This document shows positions 1 through 8,788 of a stretch of DNA of 64,000 nucleotides, one piece after another. A model generated the notes under the pieces. It was given only the letters and a program-made list of their open reading frames with translations. It did not search any database and was not told the origin of the DNA. Both the position numbers and the translations under genes were made by a program. The stretch's first letter is position 1, and each line of letters opens with the position of its first letter. Source of the DNA: an uncultured Gemmatimonadales bacterium (GTDB lineage: Bacteria; Gemmatimonadota; Gemmatimonadetes; Gemmatimonadales; Gemmatimonadaceae); assembly GCA_963851265.1 (NCBI GenBank), contig CAWKNZ010000002.1, positions 320,001 to 384,000 on the forward strand, read 5' to 3'.

Positions 1-41
1 GCTTCGGCGGGCGGGTGGGGGATGGACCTGTCGTCGGCCAT
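1..41 (-). CDS. 5' end of a gene running off the left edge (MADDRSIPHPPAE...), product unknown
   Basis: Minus-strand ATG at 41 preceded by AGGAG Shine-Dalgarno (tttcAGGAGtttgacATG). Confidence 0.55.
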   Translation of the reverse strand, partial: MADDRSIPHPPAE

Positions 42-275
42 GTCAAACTCCTGAAAGAGGCGAGAGAATGCGTCGGAACGCGCCGTCCGTGAGCGCAAGC
101 TTCGCGCTCGCCACCCTCTGCTGTCTCGCCCGCGGCCCGATCCAGGCCCGACCCGCGGCCGCCCAGCCGCTCCGTCGCCCAGCCGCCGCTCCGCGAGCAG
201 GCGGCTGCCCCACGCCTCCCGACCCCCCCGCACGGTCGCGTCGTCGCCGACACCTTCTGGTCGCCCGCGCTCGGC

Positions 276-1139
276 GTGCGCAAGCAGTTCGTCGTCTATC
301 TCCCGCCCTCGTACGACCGCGAGCCCGCGCGGCGCTACCCGGTCGCGTACTACCTCCACGGCCTGTACGGCAACGAGTGGAACTGGGTCCGCGAGGGCGG
401 CATGGCGACGGTCGCCGACTCGCTCGCCGCGCGCGGGGCAGGAGAGGCCGTCGTCGTCATGCCCGACGGCGACGACGGCTGGTACACTACGTGGAACGCG
501 CTCGGCAACTACGACGGCTGCCGCCGCGACAGCACGCGCGCCGAGCCCGCCACGAGCTACTGCGTGCCCTGGCCGCACTACGACGACTACGTCGCCCACG
601 ACCTCGTCGCCAGGGTCGACTCGACCTACCGCACGCGTCCAGATCGCGCGCACCGCGCCGTCGCGGGACTCAGCATGGGCGGCTACGGCGCGATGGCACT
701 CGCGCTCCGCTACCCCGAGGTCTTCGGCGCGGCCGCGAGCCATTCCGGCGTCGTGTCGCCCCTCTACATCGGCCCCACGCCGTACACGCCCCCCGCGCAC
801 TACGCGTCCACCGTCGCCGAGCTGCAGGCCTACCGCCCCGGCACATGGGCGACCAAACCCCTCGCCTTCGGCACCGACACCGCCGGCTGGTGGGCGCGCG
901 ACCCCGCCCGGCTCGCCGCGCGTGTGCAGCACGCGCGCCCCGCACTCCTCCCGGCCCTGTTCGCCGACGTCGGCACCGAAGACCAGCTCGCGGACGGCAA
1001 CCGCGCGTTCCGCGACCGCCTCGCCGCACTCGGCATCCCGCTCGCCTACCACGAGTGGCCGGGCGCGCACACGTGGACGTACTGGCGCGCGCACGTCGGC
1101 GAGAGCCTCGCCTGGCTGCTCGCGCGCGTTCGGGACTGA
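276..1139 (+). CDS. Putative esterase (alpha/beta hydrolase, S-formylglutathione hydrolase/tributyrin esterase-like); true start probably upstream
   Basis: VYLPPSY, YYLHG, nucleophile elbow GLSMGG, DVGTED, GAHTW; in-frame upstream sequence VVADTFWSPALG continues the family pattern. Confidence 0.85.
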   Translation: MRKQFVVYLPPSYDREPARRYPVAYYLHGLYGNEWNWVREGGMATVADSLAARGAGEAVVVMPDGDDGWYTTWNALGNYDGCRRDSTRAEPATSYCVPWPHYDDYVAHDLVARVDSTYRTRPDRAHRAVAGLSMGGYGAMALALRYPEVFGAAASHSGVVSPLYIGPTPYTPPAHYASTVAELQAYRPGTWATKPLAFGTDTAGWWARDPARLAARVQHARPALLPALFADVGTEDQLADGNRAFRDRLAALGIPLAYHEWPGAHTWTYWRAHVGESLAWLLARVRD

Positions 1140-1234
1140 GCCGCGCGCCAAGTTAGGCATCGCGGAGGCGCCGCGGCCCGCCGGCGCGAAACACGCCGGT
1201 GCGAAACACGGCGGCGCGTCGCTCGTCTCCTGGT

Positions 1235-2479
1235 ATGCCCGCCGCCCTCAGCGCGCCCGCCGCGCGCGCCCTCACGTCCGGCACCCGGCCGCGCGCTTCG
1301 GACCGTCGCGCCGCGGCGCGCCGCCCGCGCCGCCCCGTCGAGGTCACGGTTCTCCTGCCGTGCCTCAACGAGGCCGCGACCCTCGCGACCTGCATCGACA
1401 AGGCCCGGGGCGCCCTCACCGACCTCGGCGTCGGCGGCGAGGTGCTCGTGGCCGACAACGGCAGCACCGACGGCTCGCCCGACATCGCCCGCGCCCACGG
1501 CGCCCGGGTCGTCCACGTGGCGCGCCGCGGCTACGGCGCCGCGCTCTCGGCCGGCATCGACGCCGCCCGCGGGCGCTGGATCGTCATGGCCGACGCCGAC
1601 GACTCCTACGACCTCGCCGGCCTCGCCCCGTTCATCCGCGCCCTGCAGGACGGCGCGGAACTCGTCATGGGCAACCGCTTTCGCGGCGGCATCGTCCCCG
1701 GCGCGATGCCCGCGCTGCACCGCTATCTGGGCAATCCGGTGCTCACCGGCATCGGCCGCGTGCTCTTCCGCAGCCCGTGCCGCGACTTCCACTGCGGCAT
1801 GCGCGCCTTCTCGCGCGACGCGGTTCGCGCCCTCGCCCTCCGCACCACGGGGATGGAGTTCGCGAGCGAGATGGTCGTCAAGGCGACCCTGCACGGCCTG
1901 CGCGTCGCCGAAGTGCCGACGACCCTCTCGCCCGACGGACGCGGGCGCCCGCCGCACCTGCGCTCGTGGCGCGACGGGTGGCGGCACCTCCGCTTCCTGC
2001 TGCTCTACAGCCCGCGCTACCTCTTTCTGGTCCCGGGCCTCCTGCTCGCCGCACTCGGCGCCGTCGCGATGGCCGCACTCCTCGGCGGTCCGCGCCGTGT
2101 CGGCGCGGTCACCTTCGACGTACACACGCTGCTCTTCGCCGGGGTCGCCGTGGTGACCGGCGCGCAGCTCGGCCTCTTCGCCGCGTTCGCCAAGCTCTTC
2201 GCGACGCACGCCGGCCTCCTCCCCCCCGACGCCCGGCTCGCGCGTCTCGCCCGCCACGCATCGCTCGAGCGCGGCCTCGCCGCGAGCGGCGCCCTGCTCG
2301 CCGCGGGGCTGGCCCTCGCCCTCGCCGCCGTGCACACGTGGCAGGCGGCGGGCTTCGGCCCGCTCGCGATCGGAACAGCGATGCGGCTGTCCGTCCCCGC
2401 CGGCACGCTCATCGTGCTCGGCGTGCAGGGAGTGTTCGCGAGCTTCCTGCTCTCGCTCCTCAGCATCCCGCGTCGTTAG
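1235..2479 (+). CDS. GT2 glycosyltransferase, polyprenol-phosphate (DPM1-like) type with C-terminal TM helices
   Basis: VLLPCLNEA, ADNGSTDGS, GYGAAL, MADADDSYD (DxD), DFHCGMRAF, GMEFASEM, SWRDGWRHLRF; hydrophobic C-terminus. Confidence 0.9.
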   Translation: MPAALSAPAARALTSGTRPRASDRRAAARRPRRPVEVTVLLPCLNEAATLATCIDKARGALTDLGVGGEVLVADNGSTDGSPDIARAHGARVVHVARRGYGAALSAGIDAARGRWIVMADADDSYDLAGLAPFIRALQDGAELVMGNRFRGGIVPGAMPALHRYLGNPVLTGIGRVLFRSPCRDFHCGMRAFSRDAVRALALRTTGMEFASEMVVKATLHGLRVAEVPTTLSPDGRGRPPHLRSWRDGWRHLRFLLLYSPRYLFLVPGLLLAALGAVAMAALLGGPRRVGAVTFDVHTLLFAGVAVVTGAQLGLFAAFAKLFATHAGLLPPDARLARLARHASLERGLAASGALLAAGLALALAAVHTWQAAGFGPLAIGTAMRLSVPAGTLIVLGVQGVFASFLLSLLSIPRR

Positions 2480-2506
2480 GCGCCACCCCTCACCGCTCCG
2501 CCCGCC

Positions 2507-3055
2507 GTGCGCTTCCTCGACCGCGTGCTCCAGCGCTGGCGCATCGTCCGCGCGAGCCCTTGGCTTGCCCCGGGTGCCGAGGTCCTCGACGTCGGGTGCG
2601 CCGACGGCGCGCTCTTCCGTCAGCTGCGCCGTCTCGGCCCCGGCATCGGCGTCGAACCGACGCTCCCCGCCCCGCGGGTCGTCGGACGCTCCGAACTCCG
2701 ACCGGGCCTCGTCCCCGACGCGGTCCCTCCGGGTCGCACCTTCGACGCCGTCACGCTCCTCGCCGTACTCGAGCACGTGCCCACGGCCGCGCAGCGCGCC
2801 CTCGCCGACGCGTGCGCGGCCCTCGTGCGCCCCGGCGGCGTCGCCGTCGTCACGGTCCCCGCGCCCGCCGTCGACCGCGTGCTCGCCGTGCTGCACCGCC
2901 TGCGCCTGGTCGACGGCATGTCGCTCGACGAGCACTTCGGGTTCGAACCGGACGACGTGCCGCGCGTGTTCGCGGCCCCGGAGTGGCGACTCGTGCGGCA
3001 CCAGCGCTTCCAACTGGGCCTCAACAACCTGTTCGTCTTCCGGCGCACGGCCTAA
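2507..3055 (+). CDS. Class I SAM-dependent methyltransferase
   Basis: VLDVGCADG motif I, FDAVTLLAVLEHV, LVRPGG. Confidence 0.85.
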   Translation: MRFLDRVLQRWRIVRASPWLAPGAEVLDVGCADGALFRQLRRLGPGIGVEPTLPAPRVVGRSELRPGLVPDAVPPGRTFDAVTLLAVLEHVPTAAQRALADACAALVRPGGVAVVTVPAPAVDRVLAVLHRLRLVDGMSLDEHFGFEPDDVPRVFAAPEWRLVRHQRFQLGLNNLFVFRRTA

Positions 3056-3075
3056 CCGGCGCGCCTACCGCGGCG

Positions 3076-4764
3076 TCACCTGCCGCGCGCCGCGGCCGTC
3101 GCCCCGGGCACCCGGTACCGCGCGACCCACGCGCTCCGCGCCCACACTTCCGCGCTGTCCCCCGGCACCCCGCGCGCCGGCCGCACCCGCGCCACGCGCT
3201 CCCACCCCGGCGCGTGCGCCACCTGCGTGAGCCCGGTGTGTCCGTCGGGCAGCAGCACGAGATCCGCGTCGGCGAGCGGCGCGCGCAACGTGTCCGCCCG
3301 GTGCGAGGCCCGCACCCAGACGTCGAGCGCGATCGCCGAATCCGGGAACACCGCCCGCCCGTCGAGCGACATCGAGTAGCGCGGCAGCCGCCACAGCAGC
3401 GCGTTGCCGTAGTTGAACGTGGTCACCATCCGCCCGCGCCCGTCCGGCGCGATCCGCTCGAGCGAGTCCGCGAGACCGAGCGCGCCACGCGCGACCGGGT
3501 TGGGCAGCCGCCGCGGACTCTCGCTCCGCGCCTCGGCCCGCGCATCGATGCCCTCGCGCGCGTTCCCGGCGGCCATCACGCCGAACACGGCCAGCGGCGC
3601 GAACCGTAGCACGCGCCCGACCCCCGACGTCGTCGGCGCGGGCACGCGCGCGAGCGCCGCGGCCGTGAGCGGCAGGCAGACCAGCCACCATACGAACAGC
3701 CCGCGAATCGCGAGCCCGAAGAACAGCAGCCCGCCGAGCCAGAGCAGTGCGGCCGGTACCGGTGCGGGCACGACCACGCCGTTCGCGTCCGCCGCTTCCG
3801 ATGACGGCCCGCCTGTCGGGCGCACGACCCACGGCAGCAGCGCCAGCGCCGGCGCGATGATCCACGCCGCGCCGAACCCACGCGTCAGGTACACCACCCC
3901 GGGCGTCAGCTCCGTGATCGGCGATGGAAAGCGGAGCAACGGCGTCGGCGCCAGATAGAGGCGGTACACGGCCCCCCATTCCGCGACGTACGGCGTGCAG
4001 AGCAGCCCGAGGCCCACCGCAAGCGCCGCGGTCCCGAACCGCCGCCAGCGACGGTCTCTCGGACCGGGGAGCACGAGCGCGAGCGAGGCCGCGCACGCCG
4101 GCGCGAACAGATGCGTGTTGGCCGCGAGCGCCGTCGCGCCCACGAGCACCGCGTACGGCCAGCGCGCGGCACGGTCGGGCGCGCCGGTGCCGCCGGGCCA
4201 GCTCGCGGCCGCGAGCCGCGCCGTCGCCGCCCAGCACAGTGGCAACGCGACCGCGAGCAGCCCTTGCGGGCGCAGCGTCGGCGCGCAGAGCGCCATGACG
4301 ACGACGTGTCCCGTGACCAGCATCGCGGTCGTCCACGCCGTATGGCGCGCCGCGCGAGAGAACAGCCCGACCGCGAATGTCCCCGCCACGAGCACGGCGC
4401 CGTTGAGCGCCTGCAGCGCCGACGGCCCGAGGCCGCGCCACGCGAGGTAGTACGTGGTCTCGGCCAGCCACGAATAGGCCAGATACGGCGCGCCGGTCCG
4501 CGTCCACGCGAACGGTTCGGTGTGCGGCAACGCGCGGTGCGTCGCGATCCACTCGCCGACGCGCAGATGCATCCCGAGGTCGTAGTCCGCGAGCGGCAAC
4601 GCGGCGCCCACGATCCAGACGAGAGCGGCCGCGGCGGCGAGCACCCACCGCCAGTGCGCGCCCAACAGCGCCGCCCACGAGTGCACCGGGAACGCGCGGT
4701 GGGCACCCGGCGCGCGAACGGCGGGTGACGGGGCGGGTACGAGAGCGGGCACGGAGGGTGGCAC
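3076..4764 (-). CDS. Polytopic membrane protein, GT-C-like (lipid-linked sugar transferase) candidate; start approximate
   Basis: First loop after TM1 reads DYDLGMHLRVGEWI...EPFAWT...YSWLAE; many TM segments; C-terminal soluble domain FNYGNALLW...LDGRA. Confidence 0.6.
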   Translation of the reverse strand: MPPSVPALVPAPSPAVRAPGAHRAFPVHSWAALLGAHWRWVLAAAAALVWIVGAALPLADYDLGMHLRVGEWIATHRALPHTEPFAWTRTGAPYLAYSWLAETTYYLAWRGLGPSALQALNGAVLVAGTFAVGLFSRAARHTAWTTAMLVTGHVVVMALCAPTLRPQGLLAVALPLCWAATARLAAASWPGGTGAPDRAARWPYAVLVGATALAANTHLFAPACAASLALVLPGPRDRRWRRFGTAALAVGLGLLCTPYVAEWGAVYRLYLAPTPLLRFPSPITELTPGVVYLTRGFGAAWIIAPALALLPWVVRPTGGPSSEAADANGVVVPAPVPAALLWLGGLLFFGLAIRGLFVWWLVCLPLTAAALARVPAPTTSGVGRVLRFAPLAVFGVMAAGNAREGIDARAEARSESPRRLPNPVARGALGLADSLERIAPDGRGRMVTTFNYGNALLWRLPRYSMSLDGRAVFPDSAIALDVWVRASHRADTLRAPLADADLVLLPDGHTGLTQVAHAPGWERVARVRPARGVPGDSAEVWARSAWVARYRVPGATAAARGR

Positions 4765-4833
4765 GGTGAGGAGCGCGATCCCACGCGGCGGCCCAACCTG
4801 CGGAGTCTCGGCCGCCCGCGCTACTCTTCTGAC

Positions 4834-5244
4834 ATGCGACATCGCGATAAGCAACTCATCGTCGTCGGCGACCGCGTGCTCGTCCAGCCCGAAGACGGCG
4901 ACGAGCGCACGAAGGTCGGCCTGTACCTTCCGTCGACCGCCGTCGACAGTCAGGCCGTCCAGGGGGGCCGCATCGTCGCCACCGGGCCCGGCCTGCCGTT
5001 GCCCGACCTCGGCAGTGCGGCGGACGACGAGCCGTGGAAGTTCACCGGCGCGTCGTCGCGCGAGACGCGCTTCGTTCCCATGCAGGCGCGCACGGGCGAC
5101 TACGCCCTGTTCTTTCGGAAGGCCGCCGTCGAGATCACGTTCGAAGGCGAGCGCTACCTCGTGGTGCCGCAGGCCGCCGTGCTCGCCCTCGTCCGCGACG
5201 ACGCGCACGAGGCTGCCCCCGACACCGACCGCCTGTTCGAGTAA
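4834..5244 (+). CDS. GroES (Cpn10)-family co-chaperone, stand-alone
   Basis: GDRVLV, TKVGLYLP mobile loop, GRIVATGPG, GDYALF, EITFEGERYLVV. Confidence 0.85.
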   Translation: MRHRDKQLIVVGDRVLVQPEDGDERTKVGLYLPSTAVDSQAVQGGRIVATGPGLPLPDLGSAADDEPWKFTGASSRETRFVPMQARTGDYALFFRKAAVEITFEGERYLVVPQAAVLALVRDDAHEAAPDTDRLFE

Positions 5245-5326
5245 GCCAGCGAGCAGGCAAGCAAGAGCATCTCCCTCGGCACCCGCGGCCCCGTCGCCGC
5301 CCACACCTCTCAGGAAATAGGACTCT

Positions 5327-5764
5327 ATGTATCCGGAACCTCTCGTTGCCCCGATGCGCCAGGAGCTCACCCGCCTCGGCGTCACCGAACTCCGCACGGC
5401 CGATCAGGTCGACGCCGTCGTCGCCGAGCCCGGTACGACCCTCGTCGTCGTGAATTCCGTGTGCGGTTGCGCCGCGCGCAACGCGCGCCCGGCCGTCGCG
5501 ATGGCGCTCGCGCATGCGACGGTGCCCGATCGCTCGACGACGGTGTTCGCCGGTCAGGACGCCGACGCCACCGAGCGCGCGCGCGATCACTTCGTCGGCT
5601 ACCGGCCGTCGTCGCCCGCCATCGGCCTGCTGAAGGATGGCGAGCCGGTGTTCATGCTCGAGCGCTGGCAGATCGAAGGCCGATCGGCCGAACAGATCGC
5701 GCGCGACCTCACGCAGGCGTTCGACACGTACTGCGGCGCCGGCGCGCAGTCGACCGCGGCCTGA
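5327..5764 (+). CDS. BrxA/BrxB-family bacilliredoxin (YphP/YqiW-like)
   Basis: MYPEPLVAPMRQEL, VVNSVCGCAA (CGC motif), TVFAGQD, PSSP, ERWQIEGR. Confidence 0.9.
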   Translation: MYPEPLVAPMRQELTRLGVTELRTADQVDAVVAEPGTTLVVVNSVCGCAARNARPAVAMALAHATVPDRSTTVFAGQDADATERARDHFVGYRPSSPAIGLLKDGEPVFMLERWQIEGRSAEQIARDLTQAFDTYCGAGAQSTAA

Positions 5765-5788
5765 CCGACGTCCCGCACGATGCGGTAG

Positions 5789-5816
5789 GAGGGCCCGGCT
5801 TCGGCCGGGCCCTTCG
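5789..5816 (+). terminator. GC-rich hairpin, probable intrinsic terminator
   Basis: gagggcccggc-ttcg-gccgggcccttc directly after the bacilliredoxin gene. Confidence 0.65.
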
Positions 5817-5957
5817 TGCGTTTCGAGCGCATTCCTCGCGTCGAGTTCGCCCCGCAGACGCAAGTAAAGCCTTGGTTCGAGAGCCAAAGCGGCACACCCT
5901 CTGCACTTACCGTCGTGCTCCCCGTTTCGGACGCTTCACACCTGGAGACACGAACGT

Positions 5958-6596
5958 ATGGCACAAAACGACAACAACAGCACCCTGGGCGCGGGCACCG
6001 ACTCGATCAGCGTCACCGGCGCGGGCGCTGGGCAGGGTAGCACGAGTGGCGGGTACACCCCGTCGCAGGGCGGCTCGCAGGGTCCGAGCAACGCCGGTCA
6101 GCAGGGCGGTGGGCAAGGCTATGCGCAGCAGGCACAGCAGGCCGCACAGAACCTCGGTGACAAGGCCCAGCAGGCCGCGCAGCAGCTCGGCGACAGGGCT
6201 CAGCAGGCGGCACAGCAGCTCGGCGACAAGGCGTCCAGCACCTACGCCGACGTGAAGGATCAGGCGTCCGACCGCCTCGGTCAGGTGCGCGATCAGGCCG
6301 GCCAGCTCAAGAACACGGTGGCCGACAAGCTCGACCAGGGCGCACAGGCGCTCCGCCAGCAGGCGCAGCAGGGTGGTGGTCAGCAGCTGGCCGGCGCCGC
6401 TGGCGGTGTCGTCAACCCCGAGCAGGTGCAGCGCCTTGCGGGCCCCGCGGCCGACGCCATGGAAAAGACGGCGGACTTCCTCCGCAGCGGTGACCTCCGC
6501 GGTGCCATCGAGGAGCAGGTCCGCACGAACCCCGGCCGCACGCTGCTGATCGCGCTCGGGCTCGGGTACGTGGTCGGTAAGGCGATCCGTCGCTAA
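5958..6596 (+). CDS. Hydrophilic LEA-like protein with ElaB/YqjD (DUF883)-type C-terminal membrane anchor
   Basis: Gln/Gly/Ala-rich with 11-aa repeats; C-terminus VRTNPGRTLLIALGLGYVVGKAIRR; GGAG SD. Confidence 0.75.
   Translation: MAQNDNNSTLGAGTDSISVTGAGAGQGSTSGGYTPSQGGSQGPSNAGQQGGGQGYAQQAQQAAQNLGDKAQQAAQQLGDRAQQAAQQLGDKASSTYADVKDQASDRLGQVRDQAGQLKNTVADKLDQGAQALRQQAQQGGGQQLAGAAGGVVNPEQVQRLAGPAADAMEKTADFLRSGDLRGAIEEQVRTNPGRTLLIALGLGYVVGKAIRR
6132..6230 (+). repeat. Three 33-bp in-frame repeats (AQQAAQ[N/Q]LGD[K/R])
   Basis: Seen directly in DNA and protein. Confidence 0.85.
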
Positions 6597-6628
6597 CACG
6601 CCCCCGTCGCACGATCTCCGGCATCGGT

Positions 6629-7042
6629 ATGCCTGCTGCTGAACCGAACGCCGGCGAAGCGCGATCGCTCCCCGCGCTGCTGAAGGACTTCGCCGAGGGA
6701 AGCGCCCAACTCATTCGCCACGAGGTGCGGCTCGCCCGCACCGAGGCGAGTGAACTCGGGCGCCACCTCGGCAGCGGCGCGGCCGCGGTCGCTTCTGGCG
6801 GCGTGCTCGCCCTGGTCGGCGCGCTCGCTTTCATCGTCGGTCTGATCATGCTCGCCGGCGACCAGTGGCTGCAGGACCGCTATTGGCTCGCAGCACTTCT
6901 CATTCTGGTGATCGCCGGTGCGGTCGCCGCAATCTTCGCGAAGCGCGGCCTCGCGCTGCTCGCTCCCGCCCACCTGGTCCCCGACCAGACCGTGGCAACG
7001 CTCCAGGAGGATGTGGAATGGCTGAAACAACAGCGGACGTGA
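6629..7042 (+). CDS. Holin-like (YqjE/Phage_holin_3_6-type) two-TM membrane protein
   Basis: RSLPALLKDF...LIRHEVRLARTE, two TM helices, PDQTVATLQEDVEWLK. Confidence 0.8.
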   Translation: MPAAEPNAGEARSLPALLKDFAEGSAQLIRHEVRLARTEASELGRHLGSGAAAVASGGVLALVGALAFIVGLIMLAGDQWLQDRYWLAALLILVIAGAVAAIFAKRGLALLAPAHLVPDQTVATLQEDVEWLKQQRT

Positions 7043-7449
7043 GGCGCGACATCGAGCTGACGCGCGAGCGGATGTCCTCGACGCTCGCGCAGCTCGAGCG
7101 CAAGCTGAACGTCACGCAGGTCGTGAAGGACAATCCGTGGGCCGCCGTTGGCGTCACGTTCGGAGCCGGGCTGCTCTTGAGTGGCACGCGTTCCGACGTG
7201 AAGGCCGGCGCCGTCACCCTCATGGCTACGAAGGGTGCCAGCGCGCGAATCGCCCCGGCACTCGACGACATCGTCGCGCGTCTGATGCAGGGCGTCGGTG
7301 AAGCCCTCCAGGGCCGCGTCGATGAACTCATCGAGGAAGTCAAGATCGCGATCGGCGCGCCGACCGGCGCGCAGCCGGGCGGGGCGCAGGCGAGCGGCCC
7401 TCAGACAGGCGGCAACCACTCTCCGTCGTCCGGCACCTACGCGAACTGA
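7018..7449 (+). CDS. DUF3618-type protein
   Basis: MAETTADVRRDIELTRERMSSTLAQLERKL; NPWAAVG hydrophobic stretch; GGAGG SD; overlaps upstream gene. Confidence 0.75.
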   Translation: MAETTADVRRDIELTRERMSSTLAQLERKLNVTQVVKDNPWAAVGVTFGAGLLLSGTRSDVKAGAVTLMATKGASARIAPALDDIVARLMQGVGEALQGRVDELIEEVKIAIGAPTGAQPGGAQASGPQTGGNHSPSSGTYAN

Positions 7450-7501
7450 CCGGCGAGAACGAACGCGCAGACGCGCAGCGAGCGCTGGTACTTCGGTCCG
7501 C

Positions 7502-7540
7502 ACCGGCCGCCCCCCAACGGGGCGGCCGGTTTTGCGTTTG
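7502..7540 (+). terminator. Intrinsic terminator
   Basis: accggccgccc-cccaacg-gggcggccggt followed by tttgcgttt. Confidence 0.75.
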
Positions 7541-7801
7541 GGGCGCGCCGCGGCGCGTGCCGTCGCCCGTGTTGCGTTTGGTGAACGCGACCGTCCTTCG
7601 CGCGGGCCAGAGCTCGCGCCATTGCACGGATCCCACACCCGGCGCGGACTGCGGCGTTCAAGCCACTCCCTCGACAAGCCGACACTCCGGATCCGAGGGC
7701 AGCGGACGACGCGACGCCCACACCCCCCGTCCGCAGTTGGGCGGCTCCCCAGGTCCGCCATTCCGGCGGCCAACCACGACCTAGCTCGCAGGAGAACCCC
7801 G

Positions 7802-7981
7802 ATGTCGAAGTTCACCAGTGCCGTCCGCCGCTTCGTCCGTGACGAAGAGGGCGCCACCATGGCCGAGTACGCCCTGCTCGTCGCCGTCATCGCCCTCGTC
7901 GCCCTCGCCGGCGCGAAGACGCTCGGCACCAACATCAGCAGCAAGCTCACCACCGCCGCTGGCAACGTCGCCAACGGGTGA
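7802..7981 (+). CDS. flp: Flp type IVb pilin 1
   Basis: FVRDEEG|ATMAEYALL Flp motif with hydrophobic helix; AGGAG SD. Confidence 0.95.
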   Translation: MSKFTSAVRRFVRDEEGATMAEYALLVAVIALVALAGAKTLGTNISSKLTTAAGNVANG

Positions 7982-8088
7982 GCGTGACCCCGGGAGGCCG
8001 TCGGCGGACGGGCGGCTTGTCAGCCTCCGTCCGTCGCGGTGCGACCTGCGTCGCCGCCGCCGCCCACACGTCCACCCCGGTGACGTGC

Positions 8089-8247
8089 ATGCTGCACGAA
8101 TTTTTCCGCGACGCCCGAGGCGGGACGATGGCCGAGTACGCGCTCTTGCTCGGCGTCGTCACCCTCGTCGCACTCGTGGGTGCGAAAGCGCTCGGCGCGG
8201 CCCTCGCCCGCAACGGCCAACTTCTTCAATACGTCTGGCCGTTCTGA
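8089..8247 (+). CDS. flp: Flp type IVb pilin 2 (paralog)
   Basis: FFRDARG|GTMAEYALLLGVVTLVALVG. Confidence 0.8.
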   Translation: MLHEFFRDARGGTMAEYALLLGVVTLVALVGAKALGAALARNGQLLQYVWPF

Positions 8248-8254
8248 ATCCACC

Positions 8255-8788
8255 GTGCGCTTCATCGTCTCCGACCCGTTCGGCTGGCGGGTCCTCCTCA
8301 CCGCGCTCCTCGGCGCCGCGTGCGCCACGGACCTGCGCGCGCGCCGCATCCCGAACGCGCTCGTCACAACCGTGTTCGCCGCGGCGCTCCTGCGTACCGT
8401 GATTCCGGCCCTCGCCGGTGCCGCGACCGCGATGCCCGGCTTCGCACCGGGCGTCGGTGCGGCGACGACGGGAGCGCTCTGCGGGCTCGCCCTCTGGCTC
8501 CCGCTGTACGCCGTCGGCGCGTTCGGGGCCGGAGACGTCAAGCTGTTCGCCGCGGCATCGGCCTGGCTCGGTCCGTCGGGGGTGCCGAGCGCGACGCTAT
8601 ACGCGGCCCTCGCCGGCGGCGTGCTCGGCCTCGCGTGGTTCGGCGCGCGCCGCGTCGCCCGGTCCGCGCCGGCGATCGCGCCGCGCATGTACCGCGCACT
8701 GCAGCCGACCGCGACCGGGAGGTCGCGCGTCCCCTACGGGCTGGCCATCACCGCGGGCGTGCTCGGCGTCGTGTGGGGTGCGCCGTGA
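8255..8788 (+). CDS. cpaA: A24 prepilin peptidase CpaA/TadV
   Basis: TDLRARRIPN, FGAGDVKL, VPYGLAI. Confidence 0.9.
   Translation: MRFIVSDPFGWRVLLTALLGAACATDLRARRIPNALVTTVFAAALLRTVIPALAGAATAMPGFAPGVGAATTGALCGLALWLPLYAVGAFGAGDVKLFAAASAWLGPSGVPSATLYAALAGGVLGLAWFGARRVARSAPAIAPRMYRALQPTATGRSRVPYGLAITAGVLGVVWGAP

Noticed and set aside
922..3609. 895-aa ORF and many similar long Arg/Pro/Ala-rich ORFs in the six-frame track
   Set aside because: Shadow frames of real genes; stop codons are rare at this GC content and there are no recognisable motifs
6629..7042. Holin-like gene as a prophage marker
   Set aside because: It sits in the common ElaB-like/YqjE-like/DUF3618 chromosomal stress trio, with no phage genes nearby
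7550..7800. c-di-GMP riboswitch or sigma-54 promoter before flp
   Set aside because: No GGCAAA...GACGCAAAGC core and no convincing TGGCAC-N5-TTGC
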